Below, in pieces: positions 59,452 to 64,000 of a stretch of DNA of 64,000 nt. The DNA is taken from IMG/VR virus record IMGVR_UViG_3300020473_000025, positions 1 to 64,000 of that record; one strand, given 5' to 3'. The DNA is from a virus. Lineage: Duplodnaviria > Caudoviricetes. The notes below the pieces were generated by a model, which was not told the DNA's origin, made no database searches, and saw only the letters and a program-made list of their open reading frames with translations. Positions within the stretch are counted from its first letter, which is position 1. Each line of letters starts with the position of its first letter. A program made the position numbers and the translations under genes.

Positions 59452-62013
59452 GTGCCAACTCAGTATTACGCACATGTGGATGTAAAAAGTCACCATGTAC
59501 GGTTCCACACCATGATGCCAGAGTGTAAACGCGCCCTCTATGATTATTGCGAGCGGTTAATCGATTATGACCAAGGGTACGATCCTCGTACCCATAGTTA
59601 CTATAAGATACCTAAGCGTGTCTTTGCCGCATCACCGCATGATCGTAGAGAGCTGCGTTTCCATATTAACCAGTATAAAGATATACTTACACACCTTAAC
59701 GTAAAGGGAATCAAAACCGAACAATTATTAATCGAGCACTTTACTCCGGTAGAGGGTGATGATGTTACTAGTTTTGTAATAGACGACGACATTCAACCCT
59801 ACGAGTACCAATTGCCAGTTATTGACCATTTCCTTACACCCGGTGTGAGTAAGATAACCAATGCGCCAACGGGTAGTGGTAAGATGCAACCATTAGACAG
59901 TCTAATTAAGATACCTGGTGGTTGGAAACAAATGGGAGATATACAGGTAGGAGATAAGATCACAGCACCTGACGGTCACGACACTTTTGTAAATGGCGTA
60001 TTCCCTCAAGGGAAAATGCAGATTTATAAAGTTACGTTTGCAGATGGTCGATCAACTGAGGTTGGAGGTGAACATCTTTGGAAAATGTTTATTGCTAACT
60101 ACCATGATGCTGATAAGCGGTGGCGTATCGGTGATACCTTTGAGATGATGCGTGAACTTAAACGCTCACAGCCTAGAGTATATATACCGTTAATCCAGCC
60201 TGAGCAGGGTGAATACAAAGAACTGCCCATTCATCCATGGACACTCGGTGCTATGTTGGGTGACGGTTGTTTTACTACCACGCCCCCCACATTCACTACT
60301 ACCTATGTAGATATTTTCCATAAGCTATCAACATTGTTACCAGAACACGTCACATTAAGTTGTGGTGCAAACGGGCGAACTATTGGTTTTGGAAACAGCC
60401 ATGTGTTTAGAGATTACTTCAAACACTTAGGACTATGGGGCTGTCGTTCCGCTGATAAATTCATCCCTAAGATGTATTTAGAAGCTTCCGTAGAGCAGCG
60501 CTATGCGTTACTCCAGGGTTTAATGGATACCGATGGAGGTATTGATGTTAATTCATCCATGGACTACTCAAGTGTGTCTGAACAACTGGCCAAGGACGTT
60601 CAATACTTAGTCAGAAGTCTAGGGGGGATTGCAAAACTATCTAAGCGTCAAACCCACTATACCTATAAAGGAGAAAGGAAACCTGGCCAACCTAGCTTTA
60701 GAGTTAACATTCGCCATCCTAAACCATCTTCATTGTTTACTGTCCCTCATAAACTCGAAAGAGCCAATGACAACAGTCAGTATGCTAAGGGATTGAAGTT
60801 AAGAGTGGTGAATGTAGAGCCATCCCGAATGGCAGATGCGCAGTGTATATCGGTTACACACAAGGATCATCTTTACGTAACTGATGATTTTGTGGTTACT
60901 CATAATACCATGATGTCTTTATATTCTACATGGATGATAAAGAAAAGAACCATCCTGGTTGTGCCTGCTAAGTACATCACCGAAGGTAAATGGATTGGTG
61001 ATATCACTAAGACATTAAATGTACCTAGGGAAAAACTGTGTGTGGTGAAAGGATCTAAAGCCATGCGGGCGCTTATCGATTTAGGATTAGCAGATGCCTT
61101 GGAATATGATTTTATCATTATATCAGCGACTACCATGTATAACTTCTACAAGGCGTATGAGGAAGGAAAGCTGGAGGAAGAAGGGTATAACTGCGACCCC
61201 GATGAATTGTACACGGTTACTAAAACAGGGCTACGCGTAATAGATGAAGTGCATGAGAACTTCCATCTCAACTTTACGCAGGATCTGTACGGTCATGTGG
61301 CTAAGACGATTTACATGTCAGCGACGTTAGTTTCTGATAATGCTTTCATTAATTCAATGTTAGAAGTTGCCTATCCTGTTGGCGAACGTATAACACCGGA
61401 TTATGATGGCAAATATATCGCCTGTACAGCCCTCACATACCGTTGTAACAAGGTAGAGCTACTATCGCATAAGCGACGTAAGATGTACTCTCAGATGCTC
61501 TTTGAGGCGTCTATATTGAAGAAGAAGTTTCGTAGTGAAGCTTACGCTGAAATGATCTATGATATCGTGCTTAATGAATACATCAGTATCCGTGAGCCGG
61601 GGCAGAAGATGATGATCTTTGCCGATACCATAGAGATGTGTACCTATCTAACATCGTTTATAAAGCCACGTTTGACTGACTTAACTGTCAATAGGTTTGT
61701 GGGTGAGGATCCAGATGAGTATCTTTATGAATCTGATGTAATCATTACTACACCTAAGTCTGCAGGTACTGCGGTAGATATCAAAGGACTTAAAGTTACC
61801 TTACTGACATCTGCAATTGGCTCACGTCAATTAAACGCGCAGATACTGGGTCGTTTGAGAAAGCTAAGAGGTTTTGAAGATAACGTACCACGTTTCTTCT
61901 ACTTAGTTTGCGAGGATATAGATTCTCATGTTAAGTACCATGAAAGAAAACTTGCTACTTTCTCAGATAAAGTTAAAACTCACCGTACGCTGCAAACTGC
62001 GTATGTGCTATAA
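59452..62013 (+). CDS. SF2 (UvsW/DExH-like) helicase, phiKZ gp75-like, with an intein in Walker A
   Basis: APTGSGK|intein|T, DEVH, SAT and QILGRLR motifs. Confidence 0.9.
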   Translation: MPTQYYAHVDVKSHHVRFHTMMPECKRALYDYCERLIDYDQGYDPRTHSYYKIPKRVFAASPHDRRELRFHINQYKDILTHLNVKGIKTEQLLIEHFTPVEGDDVTSFVIDDDIQPYEYQLPVIDHFLTPGVSKITNAPTGSGKMQPLDSLIKIPGGWKQMGDIQVGDKITAPDGHDTFVNGVFPQGKMQIYKVTFADGRSTEVGGEHLWKMFIANYHDADKRWRIGDTFEMMRELKRSQPRVYIPLIQPEQGEYKELPIHPWTLGAMLGDGCFTTTPPTFTTTYVDIFHKLSTLLPEHVTLSCGANGRTIGFGNSHVFRDYFKHLGLWGCRSADKFIPKMYLEASVEQRYALLQGLMDTDGGIDVNSSMDYSSVSEQLAKDVQYLVRSLGGIAKLSKRQTHYTYKGERKPGQPSFRVNIRHPKPSSLFTVPHKLERANDNSQYAKGLKLRVVNVEPSRMADAQCISVTHKDHLYVTDDFVVTHNTMMSLYSTWMIKKRTILVVPAKYITEGKWIGDITKTLNVPREKLCVVKGSKAMRALIDLGLADALEYDFIIISATTMYNFYKAYEEGKLEEEGYNCDPDELYTVTKTGLRVIDEVHENFHLNFTQDLYGHVAKTIYMSATLVSDNAFINSMLEVAYPVGERITPDYDGKYIACTALTYRCNKVELLSHKRRKMYSQMLFEASILKKKFRSEAYAEMIYDIVLNEYISIREPGQKMMIFADTIEMCTYLTSFIKPRLTDLTVNRFVGEDPDEYLYESDVIITTPKSAGTAVDIKGLKVTLLTSAIGSRQLNAQILGRLRKLRGFEDNVPRFFYLVCEDIDSHVKYHERKLATFSDKVKTHRTLQTAYVL
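59884..60906 (+). mobile_element. Intein (341 aa) with LAGLIDADG endonuclease; class 3 signature
   Basis: Starts MQPLDS and ends VVTHN|T; LGAMLGDG and LLQGLMDTDG motifs; HLW, AQC and VTHN give the W-C-T triplet. Confidence 0.9.
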
Positions 62014-62022
62014 GAAGAGATC

Positions 62023-62127
62023 ATGCCAACAACAGGTAGTAGTAATCGTCCCTATAAGACAGCCTCAAAACAATTAAGTCCCAAGGTGCTAGCCGTGCTT
62101 AACCGTAGACTTAAAAAGTTAAAGTAG
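62023..62127 (+). CDS. 34-aa basic microprotein (absent from the ORF track)
   Basis: MPTTGSSNRPYKTASKQLSPKVLAVLNRRLKKLK; AAGAG upstream; fills the gap between the helicase stop and a hairpin. Confidence 0.5.
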   Translation: MPTTGSSNRPYKTASKQLSPKVLAVLNRRLKKLK

Positions 62128-62135
62128 ACGTATCT

Positions 62136-62164
62136 AGGCTCACCTCCTTTTGGGGGTGAGCCTA
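62136..62164 (+). terminator. Hairpin ending in TATG(ACC)
   Basis: TAGGCTCACCTCC-loop-GGGGGTGAGCCTA. Confidence 0.6.
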
Positions 62165-62184
62165 TGACCTATAAGGAGTTTTTT

Positions 62185-62823
62185 ATGTTGTATCATCTTG
62201 TTAATGGTGAGCAGGTTTCAGACCCTGAACCGTTCCCAGGTGAAGACATCTGTGTGATGATGATAGACAGCGACGTTTGCAAAATAGAAACCGTACCCTT
62301 TAATTCATTATTTACCATCGATAACTATAACGGCCTCTATACGGTTATAAAAGTAAATGAGGTAGCCGCTATCTCCCAGGTAGAAGGCATTGCTATACCT
62401 GATAAAATTTACGATGTCATGCAGTTAGATGATCTAGTTACTGTACTTTACATGTCAGGTAATGAGATAAGGTATAGAAAACTAATTATAAGTAACTCAT
62501 ATTCTGAATACACGCTGATTAAAGATGGGCTAGTAGCGTTAAACAACCATCCGTTTCCTACTTTAGAAACAGTAGATAGCGTTAGAGTATATAAGCGATT
62601 AAATCATGATGGTTTCACATCACAAAACTTTACGTTATCTACTAAAGAACGCATCACCGGTAACCACCCACTACGTCCACGTGGAATAAATTCAATCACG
62701 TCTTATCAAGATGGATGTATGATAGATGTTGAGTTTACCAATGGGGTCAAGGTTTATAGAAGAGAACTGACTATTACCCCTAACCAAAATACTAACACCG
62801 TAGATGTAGATAGGGGGGAGTAG
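62185..62823 (+). CDS. Hypothetical beta-rich protein, possibly frameshifted at G6 and continuing to 63008
   Basis: TAAGGAG RBS before ATG 62185; the -1 frame is open from 62814 to 63008. Confidence 0.6.
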   Translation: MLYHLVNGEQVSDPEPFPGEDICVMMIDSDVCKIETVPFNSLFTIDNYNGLYTVIKVNEVAAISQVEGIAIPDKIYDVMQLDDLVTVLYMSGNEIRYRKLIISNSYSEYTLIKDGLVALNNHPFPTLETVDSVRVYKRLNHDGFTSQNFTLSTKERITGNHPLRPRGINSITSYQDGCMIDVEFTNGVKVYRRELTITPNQNTNTVDVDRGE

Positions 62824-63007
62824 CATCATGGCACTCCGACTACGTATTTAAATCTAATTTAGCCTCTGTTAAAGCACACGGTATGGCGGTGTTATTTACT
62901 TATGTAGATATAGATAAAGATGGTCGTATTAATACTAATTCATTTAGACTAGAATATGTTACTGGTGGTGAAGTATTTGTAAAAGAGTTTAATACAGCAA
63001 CATCTTG

Positions 63008-63066
63008 ACGGCATAGAGGAAGAGCTAGCGCTACGCTAGCTCTTCCTAGTTATGCGCTTTCTTTTT
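63008..63066. terminator. Bidirectional hairpin element
   Basis: ACGGCATA G AGGAAGAGCTAGCG-CTA-CGCTAGCTCTTCCT AGT TATGCG + T-run. Confidence 0.7.
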
Positions 63067-63477
63067 TTATTTGAATATCTTACCTAACAGCATCTTAATG
63101 GCAACCATCAGGATGTTGTTAATTAGATAGCCACTGAAGTGATGGGACATCTCATCTTTCTTCAGCCATTTCAAATAAATATTATCAATGACTTCGCCAT
63201 CATACTCCAACACTAAATGACCAATGTAATCTTTCTCGGTCAAACAACGCCAGAACTTAGCTTTAAACAACAATATGCCTGTCCAAAACTTCCAGTAGCT
63301 CTCCCCGCAGATGTACCACCATACAGTAACTGCAAAATCATCACAGTCACCACGGTAGTGTCCGGTTTCATCCATCTCTAATATACGCCAACTGTCAACC
63401 TTAGAGTCGTATTTATATTTAAAACGAATGATAAGGTTTTTAATTTTACGTTGCGCTTCTTCACTAATACGCGGCAT
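63067..63477 (-). CDS. Transglutaminase-like cysteine peptidase (BTLCP-like)
   Basis: GDCDDFA, GHLVL and IDN give a Cys-His-Asp triad pattern; upstream Y..D....W. Confidence 0.7.
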   Translation of the reverse strand: MPRISEEAQRKIKNLIIRFKYKYDSKVDSWRILEMDETGHYRGDCDDFAVTVWWYICGESYWKFWTGILLFKAKFWRCLTEKDYIGHLVLEYDGEVIDNIYLKWLKKDEMSHHFSGYLINNILMVAIKMLLGKIFK

Positions 63478-63537
63478 ACTGCTTCCCCTAAATTGATTCT
63501 ATTATTAATTTTCCAATGTATTTATTATTGGATTGCT

Positions 63538-63999
63538 TTACAGCTTGACCCCATCAATTACGAGCGTAACTACTGTATTGATGAGATGGTCAATTGGGTT
63601 TTCTATTACTACGTCTCCGTGATCTGGTAGGTAGATCGAACAACCCAGCTCGTTTAAATAAAAATGAAAATCAAACAATTCAAATATGTTCGTGTTAAGT
63701 TTATTAGCTTCTTTAAACTTAACAGGTTCATCGATGGCCTCTTGATATAGATCTTCATCGCTATTTGATTCGTCAAATACTTCAAAGTGGGGCCAGTAGT
63801 TTTCGTTCTTATCAAGTTCATTAACTTTTAAGAGTAATTCCTCACAGAACGTTAGAAGTGATAATATATCCCCCCCACCTAATACAATATCCTCATCATA
63901 GTCGCTAACACGAGAATCGATTTGTAATTCTGGACTATATAGGCCGTTAGTTACAACAATACCGCCTACTCGCCCCTTGAAAACAGGCTGGATGAGTGA
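63538..63999 (-). CDS. Acidic hypothetical protein, 5' end outside the window
   Basis: Minus-strand frame open from the window end to TAA at 63538 (...VVTLVIDGVKL*). Confidence 0.6.
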   Translation of the reverse strand, partial: SLIQPVFKGRVGGIVVTNGLYSPELQIDSRVSDYDEDIVLGGGDILSLLTFCEELLLKVNELDKNENYWPHFEVFDESNSDEDLYQEAIDEPVKFKEANKLNTNIFELFDFHFYLNELGCSIYLPDHGDVVIENPIDHLINTVVTLVIDGVKL

Positions 64000-64000
64000 T

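Noticed and set aside
396-61136. Many 60-146 aa alternative-frame or antisense ORFs inside core genes (e.g. 3642, 9032, 14901, 35871, 53287, 58600)
   Set aside because: They are nested in well-supported genes and lack an RBS or recognisable motifs.
4184-63066. Hairpin + TATGCCG elements as REP/MITE-like mobile repeats or a CRISPR array
   Set aside because: The stems differ in sequence, there is no regular spacing, target duplication or transposase, and orientation follows transcription.
63870-63876. C7 run (G7 on the minus strand) as a second frameshift site
   Set aside because: The minus-strand frame reads through it intact (GGT GGG GGG GAT).
1-64000. tRNA, rRNA or CRISPR arrays
   Set aside because: I saw no cloverleaf with T-loop/CCA consensus and no repeat-spacer array in the intergenic regions. 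This was by eye only; tRNAscan-SE would be decisive.

Overview
This window is part of a nucleus-forming, phiKZ-like jumbo phage genome (Chimalliviridae type). All product calls come from motif recognition and recalled synteny, not database searches. In order it carries: the 3' part of a virion RNA polymerase beta-like gene, the prohead protease, tail tube and sheath, virion genes, terminase, an HslV-like peptidase, PhuZ tubulin, an array of about 9 small similarly patterned genes, a family B DNA polymerase and chimallin. Next come a non-virion RNAP beta' gene split by a group I intron with an HNH endonuclease, an SbcD nuclease, the ChmC / sigma-like / PicA block, two more nvRNAP subunits and an SF2 helicase with a class 3 intein. 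The most notable unexplained signals are: (1) a strand-specific 'hairpin + TATGCCG(T)' element after about 16 gene ends, often without a U-tract and mirrored at convergent junctions; (2) the array of divergent small paralog-like genes; (3) a candidate structured sRNA at about 30830-30981; (4) a C instead of U at the inferred intron 5' splice site; (5) an apparently inactivated HNH gene beside chimallin; (6) a G6 frameshift near 62815. I saw no tRNA, rRNA or CRISPR array.
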